DNA of 64,000 nucleotides from Deltaproteobacteria bacterium (GCA_052390235.1 JBQTHB010000006.1:64001-128000), one strand, 5' to 3'. Counted from the stretch's first letter, positions 47,359 through 57,461 are shown. The notes: generated from the sequence alone by a model not told the origin. Numbers and translations are program-made.

Positions 47359-48672
47359 CTACTTGCGGCGCGATTTCCAGAGATTTGCGAGGTGTTTTTT
47401 GATATTTGCCTCTCTGCCCAGCTCCGTCGGCTCGTAGTAAATTCTGTCCCGAAGCTCGTCGGGGAGGTAACTCTGCTCGCTGAAGTGGCGGTCGTAGTCG
47501 TGGGAATATTTATAATCTTTGGCGTATCCAATATCCTTCATGAGCCTCGTAGGGGCGTTCCTAAGGTGCAGGGGAACGGGGAGATTCGGCTTTTGGCGCA
47601 CGTCGGATATTGCCTTTTCGACGGCGAGATAGGCGGCGTTGCTCTTGGGACAGGAGGCGAGATAAATTGCCGTCTGCGATAGAATTATCCGCGCCTCAGG
47701 CATTCCAACCGAGTCCACGGCGGTAAAACAGGCGGCGGCAAGCGAGAGGGCGTAGGGTTCGGCGTTGCCTATGTCTTCGGAGGCTAGGACGATGAGCCTT
47801 CGGGCGATGAATTTTACGTCTTCTCCCGCCTCTAGCATCCGCGCCAAATAATAAACTGCGGCGTCGGGGTCGCTCCCTCGCACGCTTTTTATAAATGCCG
47901 AAATGGAGTTGTGATGCTCCTCGCCGGCTCTGTCGTACTTGTAATGGGCGGTTTGAAAGGCGTCTTGGATATGGCTCTTTAGGATTTTTCTCTCGTCTCC
48001 GGCAAGGGATGCCGCCGCTTCAATGGCGCTCAGCATGACTCTGGCATCCCCGCCTGAGAGGTTTATAAGGGCGGATTTGGCTTCGGAATCAAGCTCCACA
48101 CCCCGAAAAGAGGCATCGCGGGCAAAAGCCCCTGCCAGCACTGCCTCAAGGTCTGCCCCGTCCAGAGGGTTTAGCGTATAGACCCTGCACCGCGAGAGCA
48201 AAGGGGATATGACCTCGAACGAGGGATTCTCCGTCGTAGCCCCGATGAGCGTGAGCCATCCCCTCTCGACACTCTCAAGGAGGGCGTCTTGCTGGGATTT
48301 GTTGAATCGGTGGATTTCGTCAATGAATAGAATAGTCCGCCTTCCCGCCTTCTGCCGCTCCGAGGCGGATGCGATAATCTCCCGAAGCTCCTTAACCCCT
48401 GAGGAAATCGCGTTGATTTGAACGAACTCGGCATCGCATTCGGCGGCGATGAGGCGCGCCAAAGTGGTTTTCCCGGAACCGGGGGGGCCCCAGAGAATCA
48501 TCGAGGGCGGGAAGGCGGATTGAATTAATCTCCGTATTACGCCCCGCGCCCCCGTAAGATGGCTCTGTCCGATAAATTCATCGAGGTTTCGAGGGCGCAT
48601 TCTCTCTGCCAGCGGCGGGGGGATAAGGGGATGCGAGCCGTGAGGGTCAGGGGGATTTTTAGCCATGAACAA
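47359..48672 (-). CDS. rarA: Replication-associated recombination protein A
   Basis: PLAERMRP, WGPPGSGKTT, FIDEIHRFNKSQQD, KSVRGSDPDA and VPLHLRNAPT motifs. Confidence 0.95.
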   Translation of the reverse strand: MFMAKNPPDPHGSHPLIPPPLAERMRPRNLDEFIGQSHLTGARGVIRRLIQSAFPPSMILWGPPGSGKTTLARLIAAECDAEFVQINAISSGVKELREIIASASERQKAGRRTILFIDEIHRFNKSQQDALLESVERGWLTLIGATTENPSFEVISPLLSRCRVYTLNPLDGADLEAVLAGAFARDASFRGVELDSEAKSALINLSGGDARVMLSAIEAAASLAGDERKILKSHIQDAFQTAHYKYDRAGEEHHNSISAFIKSVRGSDPDAAVYYLARMLEAGEDVKFIARRLIVLASEDIGNAEPYALSLAAACFTAVDSVGMPEARIILSQTAIYLASCPKSNAAYLAVEKAISDVRQKPNLPVPLHLRNAPTRLMKDIGYAKDYKYSHDYDRHFSEQSYLPDELRDRIYYEPTELGREANIKKHLANLWKSRRK

Positions 48673-48756
48673 AGATTAGATTGAGAAAAATAAGAAATCA
48701 ATTCTCAGGCGGAGTGGACGGGGCAGTCCGAATTTTTTCATTTTTAGGCGTAACCC

Positions 48757-48785
48757 TTGACAAATATTAATGAATTTACTAAATT
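48757..48785 (+). promoter_or_regulatory. Sigma70-type promoter of ihfB
   Basis: TTGACA, 17 nt, TAAATT. Confidence 0.55.
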
Positions 48786-48829
48786 TCAACTCTAATTCAT
48801 CGCAATCCCCCAAAGAGGCAACTACCATA

Positions 48830-49120
48830 ATGAAGAGATCCGAGCTTGAGAGAGAACTGGCGGCGAAATTTAACCTTCAGCCCAAACAATCCGAGCAGAT
48901 AATTGATACGATAATTGACCACATGACCCAAGTCCTACAAGAGGGAGAGAGAATAGAAATCAGAGGATTCGGCAGTTTCTTTACCAAAAACTACAAGCCC
49001 TACACCGGCAGAAACCCAAGAACCGGCGAAGTCGTCGAGGTATCCACAAAAAAACTCCCGCACTTCAGACCCAGCAAAGAGCTAATTACAAAGCTCAATG
49101 GCGAGGACGGAGACTCATAA
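48830..49120 (+). CDS. ihfB: Integration host factor beta subunit
   Basis: ERIEIRGFGSF, YTGRNPRTGE and KLPHFRPSKEL motifs. Confidence 0.88.
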   Translation: MKRSELERELAAKFNLQPKQSEQIIDTIIDHMTQVLQEGERIEIRGFGSFFTKNYKPYTGRNPRTGEVVEVSTKKLPHFRPSKELITKLNGEDGDS

Positions 49121-49317
49121 GGGGGCACTCGCTCTTAGCGTTAGGCATCGGATTAAACTTGAGAAAACCCCGCAAAATTCTGCTACACTATAGCTCCGCC
49201 AAGGGGTGCCCGCGCCCTGTTCGGATAAACATTTATCGCGGTCAAGCGTCCGATAGCAAGCCAGAGATGGATGGGAGAATTTCGAGTCTGTATTCTATAA
49301 ATTAACGGGAGAGGTTT

Positions 49318-50253
49318 ATGTCAGGAGAGATATGGTTTTGGGTAGGATTTAATTTATTTGTCGTCGCGATGCTGGTCTTAGACCTCGGGGTATTCAACCG
49401 CAAATCCCACACAATAGAGGTCAAAGAGGCTCTCGTCTGGAGCGGCGTTTGGGTGGGTCTCGCGCTTATTTTCAACGTGATAGTCTATTTTTGGAAGGGG
49501 CCCGAATTGGCGCTCCAGTTCCTCGCCGGCTATCTAATTGAAGAGTCCCTCAGCGTGGACAACTTATTTGTGTTTTTGCTGATATTTTCATACTTCCGCG
49601 TGCCGCCAATTTACCAGCATAAGGTGCTTTTCTGGGGAATTATCGGGGCAATTGTGATGCGGGCGATATTTATCTTCGCGGGGATTTCGCTCATCGAGAG
49701 GTTTCATTGGATAATTTACCTATTCGGGGCATTCCTAATTTTCAGCGGCATAAAGCTCGCCCTCGAAAAGGATAAAGTACTTCAGCCGGAGAAAAACCCG
49801 TTGCTGAAACTCTTCCGCCGCCTAATGCCGGTTACGGACGACTACGTTGACGGCAAATTTTTAATCAAGCAGGGGGGTAAGTACGTCGCCACCCCACTTC
49901 TGGTCGTACTCGTCGTGGTTGAAACTACGGACGTTATGTTCGCCCTCGACTCAATTCCCGCGATTTTAGCCATCACAACCGACCCGTTTATCGTCTATAC
50001 GTCCAATATTTTTGCCATCATGGGGCTTCGCTCAATATACTTCGCCCTCGCTGGAATAATGAAACTTTTCCACTACCTCCACTACGGGCTTTCATTCATA
50101 CTCGTGTTCGTGGGGATTAAGATGATTCTGGCGAGCTATGTGAAAATCCCCGTGGAAATTGCGCTGGGAGTGATTGCCGGAACGCTTGCAATATCGGTTA
50201 TAGCCTCGATAATGTATCCGAAAAAGGACGGGTCGCCGATAGCGCCTCACTGA
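49318..50253 (+). CDS. TerC/Alx family membrane protein
   Basis: GYLIE.SLSVDNLFVF, FALDSIPA and TSNIFAIMGLR motifs. Confidence 0.93.
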   Translation: MSGEIWFWVGFNLFVVAMLVLDLGVFNRKSHTIEVKEALVWSGVWVGLALIFNVIVYFWKGPELALQFLAGYLIEESLSVDNLFVFLLIFSYFRVPPIYQHKVLFWGIIGAIVMRAIFIFAGISLIERFHWIIYLFGAFLIFSGIKLALEKDKVLQPEKNPLLKLFRRLMPVTDDYVDGKFLIKQGGKYVATPLLVVLVVVETTDVMFALDSIPAILAITTDPFIVYTSNIFAIMGLRSIYFALAGIMKLFHYLHYGLSFILVFVGIKMILASYVKIPVEIALGVIAGTLAISVIASIMYPKKDGSPIAPH

Positions 50254-50463
50254 TTTGCGATGCGGGGCGCGGGAGTCCATTTTTATTCAACGTGGGCGGA
50301 GAGTCGGGTCATCCATTCACGTTGAAATGTATGCCGAACTGCCACAGGATAGCAATTAGGCTCTGGCAAATAGTGAAACTTAAAGCTAATTTCAGCCATA
50401 CGCGCTTCGCGAATCGCTATAAAATAAATAGAAATCGAGCGGCGGCGCTGGTATTATAAAACC

Positions 50464-51375
50464 GTGAGTCCAATCAATAACAAGGGCAGCAAAAAAAAGG
50501 GGAAGCTAATTCCCTTTCTCGTAGCCTCGGCGCTGTTTCACATACTGCTTTTTCTGCTTATCCTGCTCTACGCGGCGGTTTTTGTGCCTTTAGAGGATAG
50601 AAACAAGCCGCAGTTCGTCGAGATAACTGAACTCCCAGTGCCGAAGGAAAAGGAGACCGCGCCGCCGAAGGAAACTAAACGCCTCGCCGAGCGCTCAAGG
50701 CAGGTGCCGGAGGAGAAGACAAAAGACGATTTCACCAAACTTGGCAATCCCACTCCTCCCGCCGTTCAGCCCAAACAGCCCCAAGTCCAGCAGAAGCGCC
50801 AGGAGGCTAAGAAATCCGAGCCTAAGAAAGAGCGCGCAGAGAAATCCACTAAAAAAAACCCTCAGATAGCCTCGCTCCCGAAGGACATTGAGGCGAATTC
50901 CGAGCCTATAGCCGAGAAATCCAAGAATCAGGAACAGCCCAAAACCGTAACCACGCGAGACCTCTTCAGTCAGCGCAGAGAGCAAATCGCGCAGGCAAAC
51001 CCTGAGGAGTTTCAAGGCTCGCGCGAGGGCAAGCGAGAGGACACGGTTGACCTTAACACGACGGAATTTAAATACCTCTCATATTTTCTTAAGCTCAAGC
51101 GGCAAATCGAGGGCGTGTGGAATTACCCCGAAGCCTCGAGAGCCAGAGGCGAGCAAGGAGAGCTTTTTCTCGTATTCACCATCAGAAAAGACGGCTACTT
51201 AGAAGAGGTGAATCTGCGGGATTCATCAGGATATGTGCGCCTCGACGACGAAGCCCTGAGGGCAATCCGGGTGGCGGCGCCTTTTAGCCCGTTTCCCCCA
51301 AGCTGGGGACTCGATAGATTAAACATCAGAGCGGTGTTTCAATACCGCATGAGCTTCGGTTGGAATCTGAGATAG
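50464..51375 (+). CDS. TonB-family energy transducer
   Basis: TM with SALFH (SxxxH), Pro/Lys/Gln-rich linker, WNYP...SSG...LD.EA..AI..AAPF.P.P C-domain. Confidence 0.85.
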   Translation: MSPINNKGSKKKGKLIPFLVASALFHILLFLLILLYAAVFVPLEDRNKPQFVEITELPVPKEKETAPPKETKRLAERSRQVPEEKTKDDFTKLGNPTPPAVQPKQPQVQQKRQEAKKSEPKKERAEKSTKKNPQIASLPKDIEANSEPIAEKSKNQEQPKTVTTRDLFSQRREQIAQANPEEFQGSREGKREDTVDLNTTEFKYLSYFLKLKRQIEGVWNYPEASRARGEQGELFLVFTIRKDGYLEEVNLRDSSGYVRLDDEALRAIRVAAPFSPFPPSWGLDRLNIRAVFQYRMSFGWNLR

Positions 51376-51476
51376 GGCGGGAATTACGGAATTCGAGCAT
51401 TAAGATTGATAATAATTCTATACTCGACGCTCCCTCGCGGGTAAATTGCGCTTACTCATGGCATAACGGTTGGCGG

Positions 51477-52520
51477 TCATCGAATGAGAACGCGCTCGGA
51501 TTTATCCGCCGCCGCTTTGACCTCGCCAATGACCCAAGCCTTCTCGCCGAGCTTTTTGAGAGCATCCAGCACGCCGCCCTCGTCCCCCTGGGATACGACT
51601 AAAACCATCCCGACGCCGCAGTTAAATGTCCTGTGCATCTCCCTCGGCTCGATTCTCCCGGAGTCTCGAATCAATTTCATTATCTCCGGCATCTCCCAAA
51701 GCGATGAATCCAGATGCGCCGAGCAGGTTTCGGGAATTACCCTTGGGATGTTATCAATCAGCCCGCCTCCGGTGATGTGGGCAAGGGCTTTGATTTCGTG
51801 GGATTTTATGAGCGATAGAACCGTCTTGACGTAAATTTTGGTCGGCTCAAGGAGCGACTCGCCGACGGAGCGGGAAAGCGCGGGGGGCGTGTCGGAGGGC
51901 TTCAGCCCAAGCCCGGCGAATATTACTTTCCGAGCAAGCGAGTAGCCGTTTGAATGTAGCCCGCTCGAGGCAATCCCGATGAACGTATCTCCGGGGGCAA
52001 CCTTCGAGCCGTCAATAATTTCGTCTCTGTCAACAATGCCGACGACAAAGCCGGCGAGGTCAAATTCCCCCCTCTTGTAGAACCCCGGCATCTCTGCGGT
52101 CTCCCCTCCGAGAAGGGCGCATCCCGCCTGACGGCAACCCTCAGCAATGCCCTTAATCACCTCTGCTCCCTCTTCGGGGTTGAGGCGAGAGGTAGCAAAA
52201 TAATCCAAGAAAAACAGAGGCTCCGCGCCGCAGGTTACCACATCGTTTACGTTCATCGCCACGAGGTCAATCCCCACGGTGTCGAGTTTGCCGGTCATAA
52301 AGGCGAGCTTTAGCTTCGTTCCAACGCCGTCAGTGGATGAGACGAGAATGGGATTTTTATAACGAGAGAGGGGAAGCGCGCACAGTCCGGCGAACCCCCC
52401 AATTTTGCCCACCACGTTCTCCGTATAAGTGGACTTGGCAAGCGGCTTTATAAGCTCTACAAAGCGGTTTCCGGCGTCAACATCAACGCCCGCGCTCTTA
52501 TATGTGGTTTTCTTCGGCAC
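51477..52520 (-). CDS. purM: Phosphoribosylformylglycinamidine cyclo-ligase
   Basis: TYKSAGVD, STDGVGTK, GGETAEMPG, SSGLHSNGYSL and HITGGG motifs; start moved to GTG 52520. Confidence 0.95.
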   Translation of the reverse strand: MPKKTTYKSAGVDVDAGNRFVELIKPLAKSTYTENVVGKIGGFAGLCALPLSRYKNPILVSSTDGVGTKLKLAFMTGKLDTVGIDLVAMNVNDVVTCGAEPLFFLDYFATSRLNPEEGAEVIKGIAEGCRQAGCALLGGETAEMPGFYKRGEFDLAGFVVGIVDRDEIIDGSKVAPGDTFIGIASSGLHSNGYSLARKVIFAGLGLKPSDTPPALSRSVGESLLEPTKIYVKTVLSLIKSHEIKALAHITGGGLIDNIPRVIPETCSAHLDSSLWEMPEIMKLIRDSGRIEPREMHRTFNCGVGMVLVVSQGDEGGVLDALKKLGEKAWVIGEVKAAADKSERVLIR

Positions 52521-52578
52521 GGGAGGGAAGAATACCAGACGGCGGTTTTTTGTCCACAGCCACTCAGGGATAATCACC

Positions 52579-52740
52579 CCCTTCACCCTGAGCGGAGTCG
52601 AAGGGCTCATGTTACATACTTTTGTGATTTGTCATGCTCAAAAGAGTAATCGGGCATCCGTAGCTTTTGGTAAATACTGGATTCCCGCTCAATTTTGCGG
52701 GAATGACAGAGTCTTTTACAGACTGAGCGGAGTCAAAGGG
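52579..52740. repeat. Cluster of REP-like palindromes
   Basis: CCCTTCACCCTGAGCGGAGTCGAAGGG, GTCATGCTC..GGGCATCC, GGATTCCCGC..GCGGGAATGACA and CTGAGCGGAGTCAAAGGG; units shared with the 56.0-56.5 kb cluster. Confidence 0.75.
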
Positions 52741-52812
52741 CTGGGTCGCCGCTCGCCCCCGCATCGTGTATATCTCGGCCGGCGCATCATGTATCATGTA
52801 GCCCTAGCCAAT

Positions 52813-54048
52813 ATGACCGATAAAACCATCATTGCCGCCGCCATATTCGCCCTCACCTACGCCCTCATAACCGCGCAAAAGCTCCCCCTGGTGAAGCTCG
52901 ACCGCCCAGCCGCCGTGTCCATTGGGGCAATCTCGATGATTCTGGCCGGAATTCTCACCCTCGATGAAGCCTACGGGTCTATTGACATGGACACGATAGC
53001 GTTTCTTCTGGGGATGATGACGCTAATCGCCTATCTGGAACTGTCGGGTTTTTTTGAGCTTGTAGCGTCGTGGATTATAGCCGCATCGGGTAGCGCATCT
53101 AGGATGCTCCTTCTCGTTACGCTATCAAGCGGCTCTCTCTCGGCACTCTTTGTGAATGACACTGTATGCCTGCTCTTCACGCCGATAATCCTCTCGACGT
53201 GCAAATCCGTCGGGGTGAATCCGATACCGTTTCTCATAGCCGTCGCCACGGCGTCGAACATCGGAAGCGCCGCCACGATAACCGGCAATCCGCAGAATAT
53301 GTTTATCGGAGTGCGCTCGGGGATACCATTTCTCACGTTTCTTGGGCAGATGCTCCCCGTAAGCCTCGTCGGTCTCGCCGTCAACTACGGGGCGATTAAA
53401 TTATTCTACAGAGCCGACATGAGCCGCAAATTCACCACCCCGGCGCGGATAGAGAAGCCGCCCGTGAACCAAAGGCTCATGATAAAATCCCTTGCCGCGC
53501 TCATTTTGGTTTTCGCGCTTTTCATAACCGGGGCTTCATATCCCTTTGCCGCCCTCGTCGGAGGGGCGATAATTCTCGTAATCGGCGGAATCGAGCCGAA
53601 ACTCGCGTTTGAGAAGATAAATTGGACGCTACTGCTCTTTTTCGCCGGGCTTTTCGTTGTCATGGGCGGCGTGGAGAAGTCCGGCATTAGCGAGAGGCTG
53701 TTTGAGGCGTCCGCCCCGTATCTCAACCTCGATTCATGGCAGGGGGTTTTGAGCTTTGCCGCAGTTGCCATTGCGCTGTCGAATTTGGTGAGCAACGTCC
53801 CTGCGGTGATTCTATTTGCGCCTCATGTCGGCTCTTTTCCGAACCCGCAGGAGGTTTGGATGATTTTGGCTATGGCAAGCACGCTCGCGGGGAATTTTAC
53901 TATTGTCGGGTCTGTGGCGAATTTAATAGTGGCAGAGATTGCCAAGCAAGGCGGATATGTGCTGAGCTTTTGGGAATATTTTAAAATCGGAGCGCCGCTC
54001 ACGCTGATTACGATTTTAATTGGCTTAGCGTGGCTCGTCTGGCTATGA
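52813..54048 (+). CDS. ArsB/NhaD/SLC13-type anion permease (YbiR-like)
   Basis: LSALFVND, SNIGSAAT.TGNPQN, SNLVSNVPAV and STLAGN.T..GS.ANLIV motifs; start at ATG 52813. Confidence 0.88.
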   Translation: MTDKTIIAAAIFALTYALITAQKLPLVKLDRPAAVSIGAISMILAGILTLDEAYGSIDMDTIAFLLGMMTLIAYLELSGFFELVASWIIAASGSASRMLLLVTLSSGSLSALFVNDTVCLLFTPIILSTCKSVGVNPIPFLIAVATASNIGSAATITGNPQNMFIGVRSGIPFLTFLGQMLPVSLVGLAVNYGAIKLFYRADMSRKFTTPARIEKPPVNQRLMIKSLAALILVFALFITGASYPFAALVGGAIILVIGGIEPKLAFEKINWTLLLFFAGLFVVMGGVEKSGISERLFEASAPYLNLDSWQGVLSFAAVAIALSNLVSNVPAVILFAPHVGSFPNPQEVWMILAMASTLAGNFTIVGSVANLIVAEIAKQGGYVLSFWEYFKIGAPLTLITILIGLAWLVWL

Positions 54049-54122
54049 CGCGCTATTGGAAATATGTGGGAAAGGAGGAATTTAACGCATGGGGAAAGTC
54101 AGGAGTCCATCAATAAGCCGCA

Positions 54123-54152
54123 GGGAGAGAGGGGTTTGCCCCACCCTCCCCC
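54123..54152. terminator. Hairpin between convergent genes
   Basis: GGGAGAGAGGGG-TTTG-CCCCACCCTCCCC. Confidence 0.4.
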
Positions 54153-54170
54153 AACTAGTCAAAAAATTTG

Positions 54171-54833
54171 CTAATCCCCTACTAACTTTGCCGAATTTAC
54201 AACGATCGGCTCAACCGGCACATCTGCCATGGGGCCCACCCTGCCAGTCCTGACGCCCGCGATTTTATCCACAATGTCCATCCCCTCGACGACCCTGCCG
54301 AAGACGGCGTATCCAAAATCCCTGCCGCCGTTGTTGAGGAACGCGTTGTCCACGAGGTTTATGAAAAACTGAGAAGTCGCGCTGTCCACAACGTTCGTCC
54401 TAGCCATTGCGAGAGTGCCTCTGGTGTTGCCCACGCCGTTGTCAGCCTCGTTTTTTATCGGGGCTTTGGCGGGTTTTTGCTGCAGATCCGAGGTAAATCC
54501 CCCGCCCTGAACCATGAACCCCTTAATTACGCGGTGAAACACCGTGCCGTCGAAAAATCCCTCGTTCACGTAGGAGAGAAAATTTTTGACCGTTATCGGG
54601 GCTTTGTCCTCGAAAAGCTCGATTTTAATATCTCCCATCGAAGTTGACATCACTACCATCGGATTGCCTCCCTGTGCTGATTTATTTTCTTCACTGCCGC
54701 CGCTCTGACTCGTATCAGATTTAGCGGCTTCGGTCTGCGGCTTCTGCTCTCCCCTCTGGCAGGCAAAAACCGGCAGAAGTAGTGCCGCCGCCGCAATTAC
54801 AAATAATTTTGCAAACCTAGCCCTGTTCACCAA
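54171..54833 (-). CDS. Cyclophilin-type peptidyl-prolyl isomerase, lipoprotein
   Basis: Lipobox [37 protein letters not shown] and GYAVFG motifs. Confidence 0.92.
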   Translation of the reverse strand: MVNRARFAKLFVIAAAALLLPVFACQRGEQKPQTEAAKSDTSQSGGSEENKSAQGGNPMVVMSTSMGDIKIELFEDKAPITVKNFLSYVNEGFFDGTVFHRVIKGFMVQGGGFTSDLQQKPAKAPIKNEADNGVGNTRGTLAMARTNVVDSATSQFFINLVDNAFLNNGGRDFGYAVFGRVVEGMDIVDKIAGVRTGRVGPMADVPVEPIVVNSAKLVGD

Positions 54834-54981
54834 ATATTCCTCCTGAATTTAATCGAGCTTTTTAAATTATACGAATCAGGGCTGGGTGTCAAAGGTTGAT
54901 TCATCCGCCGATGCCTGTTACATTGACTTTCCAAGCCAAAGGGCGTAGGCGAATTTTCAAATTACAAGCGAGGGGTAACCC

Positions 54982-55914
54982 ATGAGCAATATGAACTTCG
55001 GAGTGGTGCTGAGGCAGGAAAAAATTGATTTCAACCCCATACGCGATACCGCGATGCTCTGCGACGAGCTTGGGTTTCACTCGGCGTGGTTCTACGACCA
55101 TCTCGTGGGGATGGGCGAGCCGGATTCCGACATTTTTGAATCATGGACTCTGATGTCCGCCCTCGCAACGGCAACCTCCCGTATCCGGCTCGGAACACTC
55201 GTGCTTTGCAATTCATTTAGAAATCCCGCTCTGCTTGCCAAAATGGCGGCGACCCTCGATAACATAAGCGCAGGGCGGCTTGAATTTGCCATCGGCGCAG
55301 GATGGCACGAGGGGGAGTACCGAGCCTACGGGTACAACTTCGGCGGGGCGCAGGAGAGAATTGAGCGGCTTCGGGAATCAGTCCAAATAATAAGAAAAAT
55401 GTGGACAGAGGAGCGGGCGACATTTCACGGGAAATACTACAAAATTGAGGACGCCCCCTGCAACCCGAAGCCCGCGCAAAAGCCGCATCCGCGCATCATC
55501 ATCGGAGGCTCAGGGGAGAGATACCTCCTCAGAGTCGCGGCAGAACTCGCAGATGAGTGGAACTGTCCGGCTTCGAACGCATGGGAGTTCGATAGGAAAA
55601 TCGAAGCCCTGAGGCGGCATTGCGGGGATGTCGGCAGAGACCCGGGCGAGATTGCAATTTCCGAGCAAACCGTGTGCGTCATCGCCGAAACTGCGGCGGA
55701 GCTAGAGGACAAACTCCCGAAAGCAAAAAAACGCTACGGATTTTTCGGCGACATAGAAAAAACCGGAATCGTCGGACTGCCCGAGGACTGCATCGCTAAA
55801 ATCCAGCGCAAGGCGGACCGGGGCGTAGGCAAACTCACCATATTTTTCTCGGATGTTATGAAACCCGAAAGCCTCAGATTCTTCGCCAAAGAGGTGATGC
55901 CGCATTTCAAATAA
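54982..55914 (+). CDS. LLM-class (probably F420-dependent) oxidoreductase
   Basis: W.YDH, ESWT.MSALA, RNPALLAKMAATLD.IS.GRL..AIGAGW and IGGSGE motifs. Confidence 0.87.
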   Translation: MSNMNFGVVLRQEKIDFNPIRDTAMLCDELGFHSAWFYDHLVGMGEPDSDIFESWTLMSALATATSRIRLGTLVLCNSFRNPALLAKMAATLDNISAGRLEFAIGAGWHEGEYRAYGYNFGGAQERIERLRESVQIIRKMWTEERATFHGKYYKIEDAPCNPKPAQKPHPRIIIGGSGERYLLRVAAELADEWNCPASNAWEFDRKIEALRRHCGDVGRDPGEIAISEQTVCVIAETAAELEDKLPKAKKRYGFFGDIEKTGIVGLPEDCIAKIQRKADRGVGKLTIFFSDVMKPESLRFFAKEVMPHFK

Positions 55915-56010
55915 CTCGATGCGCCGCATAGTTTGACGTGTCCAATGAGGCGTCTCCTCTCTCCATCATCATCCTTTGGCTTCCCCCAATGGAGGAAACG
56001 GGGCTAGTTG

Positions 56011-56550
56011 TGTCATTCTCACGAAAGTGGGAATCTATAGCTCGCCCTTCGACTCCGCTCCCCCCCACGTGTCATTTCGATGGAGCGTTAGCGATTGAGA
56101 AATCTTAAATAAGATTCCTCTCTGCTTTCGGAATGACAGGGCTGAGGCTTGTGGGAATTACAGAAGTGAGGCTTTCGGTTGGATTCGCGCTCTGATTACC
56201 TGCGGGAATGACAGAAGCGAGAGATAGGCGCTTAATACCGAGCGATAGCCTCGTATGTCATTCTCACGAAAGTGGGAATCCATAGCTTGACCAATCTCCC
56301 TTCGACGTAGTTTATGCTGAGCTAGTCGAACTACTCAGGGTGAAGAGGAATAGATTCCCGCTCAGATGACTTGCGGGAATGACACCGTTGTTGCAACCTC
56401 GCCCCTTCCTGTAATTTTGCCTCTTCGCCCCTGTCATTTCGATGGAGCGTTAACGACTGAGAAATCTTAAATAAGATTCCTCTCTGCTTTCGGAATGACA
56501 GGGCTGAGGCTTGCGGGAATTACAGAAGTGAGATGTTCGCAATGACAACA
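56011..56550. repeat. Composite REP-like palindrome cluster with a 101-bp direct repeat
   Basis: 56070-56170 versus 56432-56532 differ at 3 positions; TGTCATTCTCACGAAAGTGGGAATC at 56011 and 56256; several GCGGGAATGACA and CGGAATGACA ends. Confidence 0.85.
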
Positions 56551-56658
56551 ACTGAGAGATAGGGGCGCAATCAAAGCGAGCTAGCGATAACCCCCTGCGC
56601 ATTGCCGCTTCCCGCGCCGTCCTTATCAGCAAATTCATTTATCGGGTACACTAATTTT

Positions 56659-57360
56659 ATGCGGAGTTTCAATATTGACCTCAGAGACGCGGCGAATCTC
56701 GAGAACTTCTCGGGGCTTGTGCCGCTCTTCCCCCTTGCAACCGTGGTTTTTTTTCCGAATACGCTCCTTCCCCTCCACGTGTTCGAGGCGAGATACAGGC
56801 AGATGGTGCGCGACGCCATGCAGGCCGAGCGCATAGTGGGGATGATACTGCTCAAGCCCGGATGGGAGAAGGGCTATCAGGGGAATCCCGAAATATTCAG
56901 CGTCGGGTGCATGGGGAGAATCGTGAGCCACGAAGAGCTTCCAGACGGCAGGTTCAACATCGTCCTGTTCGGGCTAAAGAGGGTAAAAATCCTCGAAATT
57001 ATAAAAGAAACCCCCTACAGGCTCGCCCGCGTAGAGATTATGGAGGACATTCGCGGAAGCAATGAAAACCTCTATAGCCTCCACATCGCCGAGACGATTT
57101 CTAGGTGGAACTCGATGCTCGGCAAATCCGAGGAATCGCATAAAATAACGCTCGACCCAAGGCTTGCGCTTCAGAACATAACCGACGCCTACGCCTCAGC
57201 GATTGTCTCAAATACCTTCGAGAAGCAGGAACTCCTCGAAGAGCCCAGCGTTGAGAAGAGGGCAGAGAAAATCATCGCCAATCTGGAGACGAGGATTAAA
57301 ATCGTGTCCATGACATCCGAGAGACGAAGCCAAATTGTTGACAAGAAGAATCTAAACTAA
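56659..57360 (+). CDS. Lon N-terminal (substrate-binding) domain protein
   Basis: VPLFPL..VVFFP...LPLHVFE.RY and LPDGRFNI.L.G..R; no ATPase or protease domain. Confidence 0.88.
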   Translation: MRSFNIDLRDAANLENFSGLVPLFPLATVVFFPNTLLPLHVFEARYRQMVRDAMQAERIVGMILLKPGWEKGYQGNPEIFSVGCMGRIVSHEELPDGRFNIVLFGLKRVKILEIIKETPYRLARVEIMEDIRGSNENLYSLHIAETISRWNSMLGKSEESHKITLDPRLALQNITDAYASAIVSNTFEKQELLEEPSVEKRAEKIIANLETRIKIVSMTSERRSQIVDKKNLN

Positions 57361-57461
57361 ACGCGATATTGGGCGTAAATAGCGCCCAGCCCCACATATC
57401 TCCTCTCCAGCGGAAAGCCCGCCGCCCGTCCTGAGCCTGCCTACGAATGTCATTTCGAGCC

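Noticed and set aside
52429..52812. 128-aa N-terminal extension of the anion permease and the extension of purM to 52610
   Set aside because: These read through purM antisense and REP palindromes; family homology begins at ATG 52813 and GTG 52520.
56011..56550. CRISPR array
   Set aside because: Repeats are palindromic mosaics of unequal type and spacing with no unique constant-length spacers, and there are no cas genes.
56450..56638. Small ORFs over the repeat clusters (also 52612-52797)
   Set aside because: They are translations of palindromic repeats, such as CHSESREES, with no ribosome-binding site or coding signal.
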